The notes: generated by a model not told the origin, from the letters alone. A DNA stretch of 64,000 nucleotides from Spirochaetota bacterium (GCA_965208615.1 CBDBPB010000002.1:32001-96000); one strand, 5' to 3'; counted from the stretch's first letter, positions 40,117 through 51,384 are shown. Numbers and translations: made by a program.

Positions 40117-41499
40117 TTATTTATTGGGGCTAGTATCGTTGATTATTTTTATAATCGACTGTATTAGCTCTTTTATGTGGGGGTCACGTTCTTTTTTTAG
40201 TCTTATCTTTAACAGCGGCACTTTTGCTTCATATTTGCTTTTGAACAGTGAGTAAATGGCATTAGTTCTTATTAGTTTATTGGGATGATTTATAAGATAG
40301 TTAATTTGTTGTTTATTCTTTGGAAAAGCTTCTCTTTGGGATAGTATTAATGGGTTTTTGTTAAAGAACTTTTTATTAGACTCTATGGCATTGGGATTGT
40401 TTTTTAGGAATATTAATAAGGGTTTCATTGATTTTTTGCTATAGTAGTTTATAATTAATTCTGGTAATATATTACTACATTTTAGTTTAGCCAATGATAT
40501 TAAGGATATTCTTTTTAGGTTTTTTTGATAGGTAATTAGGGTATTTGCTTTATTTAGGTTTTGGTAGTAGTTTTTTAGTGGTTTACAGTTATTATTACTG
40601 CCTATTTCTCCTAGTAGTTTTACAGCTTTAAATTGGATTTTTGGATTTATATCTTTTAGTGCTAATTTTAAGACTTTCACTCTATTTTCTTTGATGTTTT
40701 TAATTTTATTTGGGTTTTCTTCGTTATAGTGTTTAAAGTAGGTTTCAGCTTTATAAGAGGCGTTATAGTTATTGCTCCCTATGTCCGCAAGTTTATTCAT
40801 GAGTACGTTATCAAATAGCTTAATATATTTATTGTTGTTATTCATTATATATAGGGCTTTTTTGACACTTCTTGTTAGTCTTTTATCTTTTACTTCTGCA
40901 TTTAGTTTTATTAGGGTATTTTTTATATATTCGTTTTTATATTTGTCCCCTAATAGAGCGGTTGTGATAATTACTTCGTCATAGAGGGCGGTTTTATCTT
41001 GGACATGCTTTATTAATATAGGATATGAGGGTTTATAATTTGTTAGTCCTATTGTGATAGAGGCTTTTTTTATACTATCTTCTAATTTGGATATTTTTAA
41101 TATATTATGGGCGATTTTAGCATATTTAGTTTTATTTTTTATTGGATAGTTATTTTTTAGCAGTGTATTTATTATTTCTAGTCCACAGTTTTTGATTACT
41201 TCTTTATTGCTTTTGAGAAGGCTTAAGGCATATATCAGTATATTTTTATTCATAATTAGGGCAAGTGATCTGCTGGATAAATATCGTTCCAATGGTATAT
41301 GATTTTGCTTATGGATTATTTGTTTTAGTTTGGGTATAAATTGTATAAGCTTATGTTCAGCGATTAGGTGTATAGCTTTCCGTCTATGGACCTCGTTTTT
41401 AGATATGAGTAGTTGTTTTATGTTATCAGAAAGGTTTTTTGTTGTTACTTGGCAAAACTGGATAAGTATTATTATTAAGAAGGTTATTAATTTTTTCAA
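40117..41499 (-). CDS. HEAT-repeat probable lipoprotein
   Basis: Signal ending IQFC; L.D....IQ..AV..LG.IG repeats. Confidence 0.7.
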   Translation of the reverse strand: MKKLITFLIIILIQFCQVTTKNLSDNIKQLLISKNEVHRRKAIHLIAEHKLIQFIPKLKQIIHKQNHIPLERYLSSRSLALIMNKNILIYALSLLKSNKEVIKNCGLEIINTLLKNNYPIKNKTKYAKIAHNILKISKLEDSIKKASITIGLTNYKPSYPILIKHVQDKTALYDEVIITTALLGDKYKNEYIKNTLIKLNAEVKDKRLTRSVKKALYIMNNNNKYIKLFDNVLMNKLADIGSNNYNASYKAETYFKHYNEENPNKIKNIKENRVKVLKLALKDINPKIQFKAVKLLGEIGSNNNCKPLKNYYQNLNKANTLITYQKNLKRISLISLAKLKCSNILPELIINYYSKKSMKPLLIFLKNNPNAIESNKKFFNKNPLILSQREAFPKNKQQINYLINHPNKLIRTNAIYSLFKSKYEAKVPLLKIRLKKERDPHIKELIQSIIKIINDTSPNK

Positions 41500-41847
41500 G
41501 TTTTCTAACTTAGTCTATGATCTACCTTTCAGAATACCAGTTAAATATACTTAATATAAAATAATATTTATTATCCTAAAGACAATAAGAATAAGATGTA
41601 ATTTTTATTACATAAAAACAGGCATTAATCCATAATGCCTTATATTCTATTGTCTATAAGTCATTAGCATTTAATCTGTATATTAATATAGGAGTATATT
41701 TTGTTCGGAATTTTTTTTATGCAACTTTAATAAAATAGTTGACGAAAACTAAAAATTTAGATACCGTTTTAATTAAAAGTATGTTATTTATTATTTCTTT
41801 TTGATAAAGAAGAGATTCTTAATATTTAGAATTAGATACTTTCTCTT

Positions 41848-41930
41848 CTACGGAGGTAGCGATAAAAAGAACCTTAACCAAATAGGGATATGGGAACGGT
41901 TCTTTAATATAAATAATTACCCACGGAGGG
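41848..41930 (+). promoter_or_regulatory. Putative CsrA-binding sites in flagellin leader
   Basis: CTACGGAGGTAG and CCCACGGAGGG hairpins with ACGGA; the second overlaps the RBS. Confidence 0.6.
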
Positions 41931-41936
41931 ACGTTT

Positions 41937-42923
41937 ATGATTATTAACCACAACATTAGTGCTCTATATGCAGAGCGGATGTTTAGCCTCAATAGTGCTA
42001 GTCAATCCAAAAACATTGAGAAGTTGTCAAGTGGAATGCGAATTAACAGGGCTTCTGATGATTCAGCGGGATTAGCAGTATCAGAAAAGATGAGATCTCA
42101 AATTAGGGGTCTTAACATGGCCAGTAAGAATATTCAGTCTGGTATTTCTTTTATTCAGACTGCTGAAGGCTGGCTACAAGAAACAACTATGATTTTGCAG
42201 AGAATGAGAGAGTTAGCAGTGCAATCGTCTAATGGTATTTATACCAGAGAAGATCGACTTCAGATTCAGACTGAGATAAGACAGTTAGTTGATGAAGTAG
42301 ATAGAATTTCGTCTCAGGCAGAGTATAACGGTCTTAAACTTCTTAAGGGAGGGTTTAGAAGTGCTGATAGTGAAAAAGCTCAACCGCCTGCTGATGAAAA
42401 AGCTACTGCTAACTCTGCTCAAAGGCCTATTCAAGCAGTTAAACAAGGAGATTTATCTCAACAGCATACTCTTGTGAATGACGGTGGTGGAGTAGCTATT
42501 CATCTTGGTCCTAATATGGATCAAAGAGAAAAAGTTTATATAGGTAATATGTCATCTGCGGCATTAGGTTTATCTAAAGGTCCTGTAGCCACTGATGGTA
42601 AAAGAGAGCTGTCGGTTGATTATTTATCTCAGGATGGTGCAAATAAGGCAATTGGTACAATTGATAGTGCACTTTTTGTAGTAAATCGTCAAAGGGCAGA
42701 TTTAGGTGGTTACCAGGCTAGGTTAGAGACTGCAGATAAGGGAATAAACGTAGCGGCAGAAAATCTTCAAGCATCTGAGTCATATATTAGGGATACTAAT
42801 GTAGCAAAAGAGATGGTTAACTTTGTGAAGAATAAAATCTTAACGGAGACATCTGCCTCATTATTATCACAAGCTAATATGAAGCCTTATATTGTTGGAA
42901 GGCTTTTAGAATCTATTAAGTAA
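41937..42923 (+). CDS. flaB: Flagellin (FlaB core protein)
   Basis: [48 protein letters not shown] motifs. Confidence 0.95.
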   Translation: MIINHNISALYAERMFSLNSASQSKNIEKLSSGMRINRASDDSAGLAVSEKMRSQIRGLNMASKNIQSGISFIQTAEGWLQETTMILQRMRELAVQSSNGIYTREDRLQIQTEIRQLVDEVDRISSQAEYNGLKLLKGGFRSADSEKAQPPADEKATANSAQRPIQAVKQGDLSQQHTLVNDGGGVAIHLGPNMDQREKVYIGNMSSAALGLSKGPVATDGKRELSVDYLSQDGANKAIGTIDSALFVVNRQRADLGGYQARLETADKGINVAAENLQASESYIRDTNVAKEMVNFVKNKILTETSASLLSQANMKPYIVGRLLESIK

Positions 42924-42927
42924 TTTC

Positions 42928-42964
42928 ATATACCCTGTGGATAATTTCTATGGGGTATATTTTT
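42928..42964 (+). terminator. Terminator after flaB
   Basis: ATATACCCTGTGGA...TCTATGGGGTATAT plus T run. Confidence 0.7.
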
Positions 42965-43337
42965 GTAAATATAAAATAGGCATCCTAAGCTTATTAAAAA
43001 TAGTTTCTTTATAGTTCTGGTTATTATAGGGGATTATAAAAATAAAGATAACTACTTATTAAGGTAGCCTCAATAATCTTGGTAATAGAGAAAGCTAAAA
43101 TAGTAGATATAATAAACAAAAAGCTAAGACAAGAGGTTTTACAATTTAGTTAACTTACTTCACACAGATGCCATAATTAAATTATTATAATTTTGATAGG
43201 TACTTGCCTCTTAACGTGGTTGTAAATAGCTAGTTGGACTATCCTCACTTATAACATACTGTTATTTTTTTATAATTTTTTCCTTATTGAATCTAATAAT
43301 TATAATTTAAAATTTGTTTAACTAGGGTAAGTAGGCG

Positions 43338-44186
43338 TTGATAAAAATTGACGACCAACACATTAAGAAGTTGATTTCTAATTATCAAAAAACGTCAAAA
43401 GGGATTAGACAAATAATAGAGCTTATGGCTGAATATATTTATAATTATCCCAGACTAACTCATAAAGAGTCAGAAGATAGTTGTAGTGAGTTTTTTATAT
43501 ACTTTATTGAAAGACTGCCTAAATTATTAAATAGATATAAAATTAAAGATACCTTTTTTACAACATGGCTATTACTTGTTATTAGAAGGCACTATATCAA
43601 TTGGATAAAAAAGACAAATCGTGAAGAAATAAAATCAATACTATACGAAGATGACTTTATTTTTAATGCTGAGTTAAACAATGAAAGTGATTTGTGTTTA
43701 TTGGCTAACAAAAAGATAACTAAGGATAAGATAAGGGAGGCAATTAATTCACTACCTAAAAAAGTAAAGATTGTCATAAAACTTCATTATTTTGATTTTT
43801 TTGAAAGTGAGGATATATTAGAAATTAATAAGGTGTTTAAAAAGAATATTCATATATTGATTGATAAGTATAATAAAATTATAGTTAATTTTGCGGATCA
43901 CTATGATAAAGAAAAAAAGATATTGGATAAGATTAATTCTAACTTTGTAAGGTTTTCTAACTATGAAAATAATATTGAGAGTAGTGAAGATTTTAAGCTA
44001 AAAGCTAAATTAGATAAGGCTAAATTGAGGCATAAAAAGCTTATTGAGAGATATAGACGATCATATTTATCAGTTAAGAATGAAGATATTAGTGATTTAC
44101 TTGGTATTAGCACAAATGCTATTCACAATCATATTTTTAGAGGTAAGGTGCTAATTAAAAAAAAGTTATTGGGCGTAGTTTTGTGA
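43338..44186 (+). CDS. Sigma-70 family (ECF-like) RNA polymerase sigma factor
   Basis: Region 2 F.TWL..V.R; region 4 AIN.LP....VI.L.Y and EDIS.LLGIS.NAI..H..RG, separated by an insertion. Confidence 0.75.
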   Translation: MIKIDDQHIKKLISNYQKTSKGIRQIIELMAEYIYNYPRLTHKESEDSCSEFFIYFIERLPKLLNRYKIKDTFFTTWLLLVIRRHYINWIKKTNREEIKSILYEDDFIFNAELNNESDLCLLANKKITKDKIREAINSLPKKVKIVIKLHYFDFFESEDILEINKVFKKNIHILIDKYNKIIVNFADHYDKEKKILDKINSNFVRFSNYENNIESSEDFKLKAKLDKAKLRHKKLIERYRRSYLSVKNEDISDLLGISTNAIHNHIFRGKVLIKKKLLGVVL

Positions 44187-44809
44187 TAATAGATGACTTA
44201 AATAAACTATTTCCGTTATGGGATAAGTATTTAGAGGGTAGGCTTAGTGATGCTGATAGAAAGAGTTTTGAAAAGAGGCTGAGTAGGAAAAAAGATCTTT
44301 TTAATTTTGTAATGCAGTTGAAAAAAGATATTGCTTTATTAGAGAGTCCCTTTTATGAGAGCGTACCAGAATCTTTATTAAAAAGAGTATTGAGGGGAAT
44401 AGATAAAGAGCGTTTATTAGAAAGTTGGGGTAATATAATACTCAAGGTTATTGATAGGGGTTTTCAGGTAATAGAAGATACATTTTCGCAAAACTTACCT
44501 AAAGCTGAGTTAGTTGCTTATAGGGATATTGAAAATAATTGTGAAAAGTTGATATTTAATCAGGATGAATTTAAAGTTACTTTTTTGCAGTTATCAAAAG
44601 CCAAGGTTAACATTGAGGTTACATTTGATAATTCTAATATGAAGTCAGAAAATGTTATTGTTTATTTAAAGACTATTTCAGAGGATAAGATGATTGCTTC
44701 TCTTAAGCCTGTTAAGAATAAGGTAGTTTTTAAGGCCCTACCTATAGCGGAATATAAGATTTCTATTTTAGAAAAGGATCTTAGTTTGAATTTGAATCCT
44801 CTTTCATGA
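44183..44809 (+). CDS. Putative anti-sigma factor
   Basis: Overlaps the sigma stop; D.YLEG.LS..DR..FE..L anti-sigma-like N-terminus. Confidence 0.55.
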   Translation: MIIDDLNKLFPLWDKYLEGRLSDADRKSFEKRLSRKKDLFNFVMQLKKDIALLESPFYESVPESLLKRVLRGIDKERLLESWGNIILKVIDRGFQVIEDTFSQNLPKAELVAYRDIENNCEKLIFNQDEFKVTFLQLSKAKVNIEVTFDNSNMKSENVIVYLKTISEDKMIASLKPVKNKVVFKALPIAEYKISILEKDLSLNLNPLS

Positions 44810-44837
44810 GGTAATAAGGAAAATAATCATTTTATGG

Positions 44838-45893
44838 TTAACTTTTAGGACTAACAGGTTTATTAAGTTTTTTTTGATTAGCATAATTTCGATATAATAT
44901 AACATTTTTGTTATGTTCTTTAATTGTTTCAGCGAAGTAATGATGTTTATCATCTTTTGCTACAAAGAATATATAGTTAGTTTTTTTTGGATTCATAGAG
45001 GCGAGAATGGCTTTTCTACTTGGATTAGCTATAGGACCTGGGGGTAGGCCTTTATACAGGTAGGTATTGTATGCTGAATTGATTTTCATATCTCCTTGTC
45101 TTGGATAAAGTTTACCTTTATACATATTTAGTCTTAGAAGGGCATATATTACAGTGGGATCACATTCTAGTCTCATATTTTTTTTTATTCTGTTGTGATA
45201 GACAGAGGAGACCAGTCTAAGTTCTTTTTCTACACCTGTTTCTTTTTCTATTAGGGATGCTATGGTAATAAGTTGATGTTTTGATAGGTTTATTTTAGTT
45301 TTATTACTTTCGAATTCTTTAGTGGGAAAGTTTTTTATATGTTCTTTAATCATTCTATTAGCTATTGACTTTATGGATTCGCCTTTTAGTATGAAATATC
45401 CAGCTGGATATAGGTATCCTTCAGCTGAGTCAGAAGGGATATTATATTTACTAAGAAAGTTTTTATTGGTTACCAGTTCGATAAAGTTTTTTTCTTCACT
45501 GATTATATTTTTTTCTTTAAAGAGTCTTGCTATATCATAGATGTTATAGCCTTCTGGAATAGTAATCAAGGTTTGATCAGATATAGCTTTTCCGTTTCTA
45601 ATTATGTTTAGTATTTTGCTGTTGGAGTAGTTAGTATTGAGTTTATATTTTCCTATATGTATTTTTTTATTATTGATGTGTTGTAGGGTTTGTCCGTAGT
45701 AATAGAAGAAGAGGTAATTTTTTATTAAGCTTTTTTTTTCCAATCTTTTGGAAATACTCATAAGTTTTTCGGCTTTATGGACTTTAAAGATAATTTCTTT
45801 ATTGGAGTTTATGGGGTTATTGAGGTAATAAAAGACAGCGCCTATTGAGGCGGATAAAAGTATTATAGTTATTATTAATTTTTTTAATTTCAT
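44838..45893 (-). CDS. mltG: Endolytic transglycosylase MltG
   Basis: TIPEG, EGYLYP, ASLIEKE, NR....M.L..DPT, YNTY...GLPPGPI.NP motifs. Confidence 0.95.
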   Translation of the reverse strand: MKLKKLIITIILLSASIGAVFYYLNNPINSNKEIIFKVHKAEKLMSISKRLEKKSLIKNYLFFYYYGQTLQHINNKKIHIGKYKLNTNYSNSKILNIIRNGKAISDQTLITIPEGYNIYDIARLFKEKNIISEEKNFIELVTNKNFLSKYNIPSDSAEGYLYPAGYFILKGESIKSIANRMIKEHIKNFPTKEFESNKTKINLSKHQLITIASLIEKETGVEKELRLVSSVYHNRIKKNMRLECDPTVIYALLRLNMYKGKLYPRQGDMKINSAYNTYLYKGLPPGPIANPSRKAILASMNPKKTNYIFFVAKDDKHHYFAETIKEHNKNVILYRNYANQKKLNKPVSPKS

Positions 45894-46053
45894 TTTACCA
45901 TCCTAGATTTTTTATAGCAACGATAACGTATGGAAATTAGAAAGTTTAATTTATTTTTAAATATACTTTTTGATTTGGAAAAAGGTTATTTTTTTTATAA
46001 AAAGTTTAACACGGGGATTAATTAGATATTATTAGGCAAAGGTTATTATTTAT

Positions 46054-46494
46054 TTATCGTCTTAAAATAGTCTTATTGATAATATTATCGGGATTAAGCT
46101 TGTTAAACTCTTCAACATTTTCACCAGGATATCCCCCAATAACCTCTACACCATTCTTTAAGGCAAAATGCTTATAACGTTCATCACTACCACCAGTTGG
46201 ACTACTCTGAGGATTATAAGTCCCTTGGGCTACATATACCTTCTTTTTTTTATTCTTAAAAGCATCATCAATACCCTCTTGAAGATCACTAAAGGCAGTA
46301 TTCCAGGATTTCCCATTTTTAGTAGTACGAGTTCCAGCTTTTACAAAAACTCCACCTAACAAAGCTTTAACAGGGTTATAAGGAGGAGTAGGATTTATTA
46401 CCTTACTAGCACCTTCCTCACAATCACCAGCTCTAAGCATGGAAATACTAATTAATAGTATTATTAAAATGTTTAAATAATTCTTTTTTGTCAT
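46054..46494 (-). pseudogene. Truncated paralog of the beta-helix lipoprotein (N-terminal domain only)
   Basis: Signal nearly identical to the 48667 gene; G.SW.TA..DLQ, VYVAQGTY, L.NGV...GG.PG motifs; ends before any repeats. Confidence 0.75.
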
Positions 46495-46577
46495 AATTAA
46501 CTCACTAATTTTTATAAGATAACTCAAAGTAAACAAAAAACGACTTTTTGTTAAAAGCTATAGAATTAAAAATAAAT

Positions 46578-46728
46578 TAACTTGTTCTATCACATATTAT
46601 AATGTTTATAGAAGGATAAGTCAAGTCTATTTATGCTATAACTGCTACTTATGCTACTTTGTTATAAAACCCATAAAAAAAGAGGAGCTATGCTCCCCTT
46701 AATTTTAACTGACTAAATAAATATACTT
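46578..46728 (-). repeat. Terminator+promoter module, inverted copy of 58525-58667
   Basis: Near-identical apart from a 9-nt indel; hairpin AAGGGGAGCATAGCTCCTCTTTTT and TTGACT-17-TATAAT (46624-46596). Confidence 0.9.
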
Positions 46729-48667
46729 AGTCGCCTGACTCACTTCTTGAGTCTTCATATTTATATGTATTACCAGCCTTGACAACCTTTCTATTACTTT
46801 TATCATCACCCGTTCCATAGGTTGCTTTGCCTTTTATGCTTGAATTATTATTATAAATAGCCCCGCCTTTGCCTTCTTTTTTATCTTCAATGCTACCAGC
46901 AATGTTTCCATTAAAAATCACATTACTAGTAAAAGTCACAGAGCTACCAATATTATACATGCCCCCTCCGTTATTAGAAGCCTTATTATTAGTAAAAGTC
47001 ACATCTGTTAACTTTGGAAACCCTGAAGCGTTATAATGATTATACATGCCCCCTCCAAGCTTAGCCTTATTTTCAGTAAAAGTCACATTTGTTAAAGTGG
47101 GCTTGCTATACCTCCAATTAATCATGCCCCCTCCAAAAATAGTAGCCGTATTGCCATTAAAAGTCACATTTGTTAACGTTGGAGAGCTATTCTCATTATT
47201 ATACATGCCCCCTCCGGACTGAGTAGCCGTATTGCCCTTAAAAGTCACAGTTGTTAAAGTGGGAGAGCTATTCTCATTATACATGCCCCCTCCAAACTTA
47301 GCCGTATTTTTAGTAAAAGTCACATCTTTTAATAACTTTGGAGAGCTCTTCGAATTATACATGCCCCCTCCGTTATTAGAAGCCTTATTATTAGTAAAAG
47401 TCACAGTTGTTAACTCTGGAGAGCTTTTATCATTATTATACATGCCCCCTCCGTTGCCCTGTATAATATCATCCGTTTTGGCCTTATTTTCAGTAAAAGT
47501 CACAGTTGTTAACGTTGGAGAGCTATTATTATTATACATGCCCCCTCCAAACTTAGCCGTATTTTTAGTAAAAGTCACATCTGTTAACTCTGGAGAGCTA
47601 TAATGATTATTATACATGCCCCCTCCATAATTAGCCGTATTGTCAGTAAAAGTCACATCTGTTAACTCTGGAGAGCTATAATAATTAAACATGCCCCCTC
47701 CTTGTTTGGCCGTATTGTCAGTAAAAGTCACAGTTGTTAACGTTGGAGAGCTAGTATTATTAAACATGCCCCCTCCGGACTGAGTAGCCTTATTTTCAGT
47801 AAAAGTCACATCTGTTAACGTTGGAGAGCTATTATTATTATACATGCCCCCTCCTTTATCTGTGGCCTTATTTTCAGTAAAAGTCACATCTGTTAACTCT
47901 GGAGAGCTATGATAATTATACATGCCCCCTCCTAAATCAGCCTTATTGTCAGTAAAAGTCACATCTGTTAACGTTGGAGAGCTATTATTATTATTATACA
48001 TGCCCCCTCCGTTATTAGTAGCCTTATTTTCAGTAAAAGTCACATCTGTTAACGTTGGAGAGCTCTTCTCATTATACATGCCCCCTCCTAAATTACGAGT
48101 ACCATTAGCATTGCCTTTGGTAATTATAACCCCTACTAACTTTGCAGTCTTATCTAGCTTTGCAGTAGCGGGATGATAAAAAACATTAAAGGCATCATCA
48201 CTATCATTGCCCTTTGTTCCAATATCACCGCTTAGGGTAGTCTTATGAGCTTTATGGTCATTACCCTCACCAACATTTTTACCAGGAAAACCCCCAATAA
48301 CCTCTACACCATTCCTTAATGAAAAATGCTTATGACGATCATTAGTACCTTTAGTTGGCTTACTAGTAGGCGTATAAGTCCCTTGGGCTACATATACCTT
48401 AACAGGTTTTTTAGTAGACTTAAACTTTTCTGAGGCTTTCTCAATACCCTCTTGTAGGTCACTATAAGCAGTTGTCCAAGATCTACCATTTTCAGTAGGA
48501 CGACGAGTTTTAGCTTCTTTTACAAAAACTCCTCCTACAGCACTTGGAATAGAGTTAGGAGAAGTAGGACTTATTACCTTACTAGCATCTTCCTCACAAC
48601 CAGCTCTAAGCATGGAAATACTAATTAATAGTATTATTAAAATGTTTAAATAACTTTTTTTTGTCAT
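46727..48667 (-). CDS. Pmp-like right-handed beta-helix repeat lipoprotein
   Basis: Lipobox LRAGC; about 15 GGGMYN..SSP.LT.VTF..N.A repeats (GGAI/FxxN type). Confidence 0.88.
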   Translation of the reverse strand: MTKKSYLNILIILLISISMLRAGCEEDASKVISPTSPNSIPSAVGGVFVKEAKTRRPTENGRSWTTAYSDLQEGIEKASEKFKSTKKPVKVYVAQGTYTPTSKPTKGTNDRHKHFSLRNGVEVIGGFPGKNVGEGNDHKAHKTTLSGDIGTKGNDSDDAFNVFYHPATAKLDKTAKLVGVIITKGNANGTRNLGGGMYNEKSSPTLTDVTFTENKATNNGGGMYNNNNSSPTLTDVTFTDNKADLGGGMYNYHSSPELTDVTFTENKATDKGGGMYNNNSSPTLTDVTFTENKATQSGGGMFNNTSSPTLTTVTFTDNTAKQGGGMFNYYSSPELTDVTFTDNTANYGGGMYNNHYSSPELTDVTFTKNTAKFGGGMYNNNSSPTLTTVTFTENKAKTDDIIQGNGGGMYNNDKSSPELTTVTFTNNKASNNGGGMYNSKSSPKLLKDVTFTKNTAKFGGGMYNENSSPTLTTVTFKGNTATQSGGGMYNNENSSPTLTNVTFNGNTATIFGGGMINWRYSKPTLTNVTFTENKAKLGGGMYNHYNASGFPKLTDVTFTNNKASNNGGGMYNIGSSVTFTSNVIFNGNIAGSIEDKKEGKGGAIYNNNSSIKGKATYGTGDDKSNRKVVKAGNTYKYEDSRSESGD

Positions 48668-48728
48668 AATTAACTCCATAATTTTTATAAGATAATTTTA
48701 AATATAACTCAAATTAATAATTTGACTA

Positions 48729-48752
48729 AAATAAATAAATAAATAAATAAAT
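48729..48752. repeat. (AAAT)6 tract upstream of the beta-helix gene
   Basis: Six perfect tetranucleotide units about 60 bp before the ATG. Confidence 0.7.
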
Positions 48753-48761
48753 TAAAGTTAT

Positions 48762-50647
48762 TATTACTAATTGCTCTAGTAGTGTAGTTCAAAAGTATTT
48801 TAAGTTAGTTTATCTTTTTAAAACTTTCTAAAATGCAGATAAAATTTATTTATTAATTGTGTTATAATAATTTTTTATCTAAAAGCTATAGTAATTAGTA
48901 ACAGGGAGTATATCTTTTATTTTTTATGGTTTAGTATAAGAGGCCCTTATCAAGTTGAGGTTGTTGACAATGGGGATAAGCGTTTACGTTTAGACTTTGA
49001 GTTAGGGCTGGCAGGTATATTTATTTTTCTGTTAAGGTTAGGGAGAGTATAGCTTTTTTTTAATATTATGTTATTTAAATGATAAGAGGCCCTTATCAAG
49101 TTGAGGTTGTTGACAATGGGGATAAGCGTTTACGTTTAGACTTTGAGTTAGGGCTGGCAGGTATATTTATTTTTCTGTTAAGGTTAGGGAGAGTATAGCT
49201 TTTTTTTAATATTATGTTATTTAAATGATAAGAGGCCCTTATCAAGTTGAGGTTGTTGACAATGGGGATAAGCGTTTACGTTTAGACTTTGAGTTAGGGC
49301 TGGCAGGTATATTTATTTTTCTGTTAAGGTTAGGGAGAGTATAGCTTTTTTTTAATATTATGTTATTTAAATGATAAGAGGCCCTTATCAAGTTGAGGTT
49401 GTTGACAATGGGGATAAGCGTTTACGTTTAGACTTTGAGTTAGGGCTGGCAGGTATATTTATTTTTTGTTAAGGTTAGGGAGAGTATAGCTTTTTTTTAA
49501 TATTATGTTATTTAAATGATAAGAGGCCCTTATCAAGTTGAGGTTGTTGACAATGGGGATAAGCGTTTACGTTTAGACTTTGAGTTAGGGCTGGCAGGTA
49601 TATTTATTTTTCTGTTAAGGTTAGGGAGAGTATAGCTTTTTTTTAATATTATGTTATTTAAATGATAAGAGGCCCTTATCAAGTTGAGGTTGTTGACAAT
49701 GGGGATAAGCGTTTACGTTTAGACTTTGAGTTAGGGCTGGCAGGTATATTTATTTTTCTGTTAAGGTTAGGGAGAGTATAGCTTTTTTTTTAATATTATG
49801 TTATTTAAATGATAAGAGGCCCTTATCAAGTTGAGGTTGTTGACAATGGGGATAAGCGTTTACGTTTAGACTTTGAGTTAGGGCTGGCAGGTATATTTAT
49901 TTTTTGTTAAGGTTAGGGAGAGTATAGCTTTTTTTTTAATATTATGTTATTTAAATGATAAGAGGCCCTTATCAAGTTGAGGTTGTTGACAATGGGGATA
50001 AGCGTTTACGTTTAGACTTTGAGTTAGGGCTGGCAGGTATATTTATTTTTTGTTAAGGTTAGGGAGAGTATAGCTTTTTTTTAATATTATGTTATTTAAA
50101 TGATAAGAGGCCCTTATCAAGTTGAGGTTGTTGACAATGGGGATAAGCGTTTACGTTTAGACTTTGAGTTAGGGCTGGCAGGTATATTTATTTTTCTGTT
50201 AAAGTTAAAGGGATATTATTTAATAATTCAGTTGTCATTTTATGACAAAGTTATGACGAGGGATACAAGGCAAAAGGAAGACATATAACGTAAAGGCAGA
50301 TAGATTTTAGATTCCTTTGTGGAACAGGAAAGTTAAGATATTCATGGAAAAGTTATTTTCCTATGTCAAGCAGGTTATCTCTACATGCTCTTTAAGTGCT
50401 GCTTAAATGCCTTAGTAATTAACACAAAATATCACTTTTTATGCAAGTAGTCATCATTACGGGAGCTATTAAGAATCCCTTACTGAGACTAAGGATTAGA
50501 GACCCTTATTAAGTGTTAACGGATTCGCCTTTCCATAAAGGCGTAGAGCAGATTATTTAAATATTACATGTTGACGTTATGTGTAAAACCTCGAAAAGTA
50601 TACCTAATCCTCTATGATAAATAACAATCATAAAAAGTAAACTACTA
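48762..50647 (+). repeat. Dispersed non-coding element, copy B (contains the tandem array)
   Basis: 48762-49040 and 50210-50592 match copy A; 50210-50647 matches copy C inverted. Confidence 0.92.
48936..50202 (+). repeat. Tandem array of 145-147-bp units, 8 complete plus 1 partial
   Basis: Units start at 48936, 49082, 49228, 49374, 49519, 49665, 49812, 49958, 50103; they differ only in TTTTTCT/TTTTTT and T8/T9. Confidence 0.98.
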
Positions 50648-50713
50648 AAACCTTCACTAACAAAATCGCCCGATAAAACCTTTTTTGTTATATTTGCTAA
50701 AACGTTTGTTAAC

Positions 50714-51035
50714 GCCTATAACTGCTACTTATGCTACTTTGTTATAAAACTCGTAAAAAAATGCTCCTCTTGATTTTAGAAAGCTAATTATAAATAAATA
50801 GACTTATGGTGTTTGCTTTGGAATTGGTCAAATGGTTGACTCTACAAGTTTCTTTGTTATCAGCAATGTTTTTATTAAAACTCACATTTGTTAACTCTTG
50901 AGAGCTAACATTATTATACATGCTCCCTTTGCTATTATAAGATTCTGAATCAGAACTAGCATCGCCTTTCATAATTATAACAGCCTCTAACTTTGCAGTT
51001 TTATCTTTAGGGTGAACAAAAACTATGATAGGCAT
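50714..51035 (-). pseudogene. Decayed fragment of a beta-helix lipoprotein gene with degenerate downstream module
   Basis: HP..KTAKL..VII.KG.A...GSMYN.VSS.ELTNV.F.N matches the 48667 protein; 50717-50780 resembles 46636-46708. Confidence 0.75.
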
Positions 51036-51384
51036 TATTACTAGCTTAAATATAACCCCTTAGAATGGCCTTATGGGTAGTAGTATAGTTAAACTCACCA
51101 ACCTGTCCACCTTTATAACCATAAATAACTACTTTCTAAAAAAAACTTACTACTCCGATTTAAGTTTTTTTATATAAAATCCCCTATTATGGAACTTTTT
51201 TACCATACTTATCGGTTTATTACTATAGTTGTTCTTTAATTTAATATTATAAATTATTATTTTACACTTCTTGTGACAGACTCCTGTGATATATAAATCT
51301 CTTTATAGTTGTATAATGGATTAAATTATTGTTTTTTATTTAATAAACTTTAGATGATCTACTTATAAATATTTTGGAGGTATT

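Noticed and set aside
48936-50202. Tandem array as a CRISPR array
   Set aside because: Units are essentially identical along their whole length, with no unique spacers.
50100-50288. 62-aa ORF in the track
   Set aside because: Read-through of the last tandem unit into the non-coding element; no RBS and not conserved in copy A.
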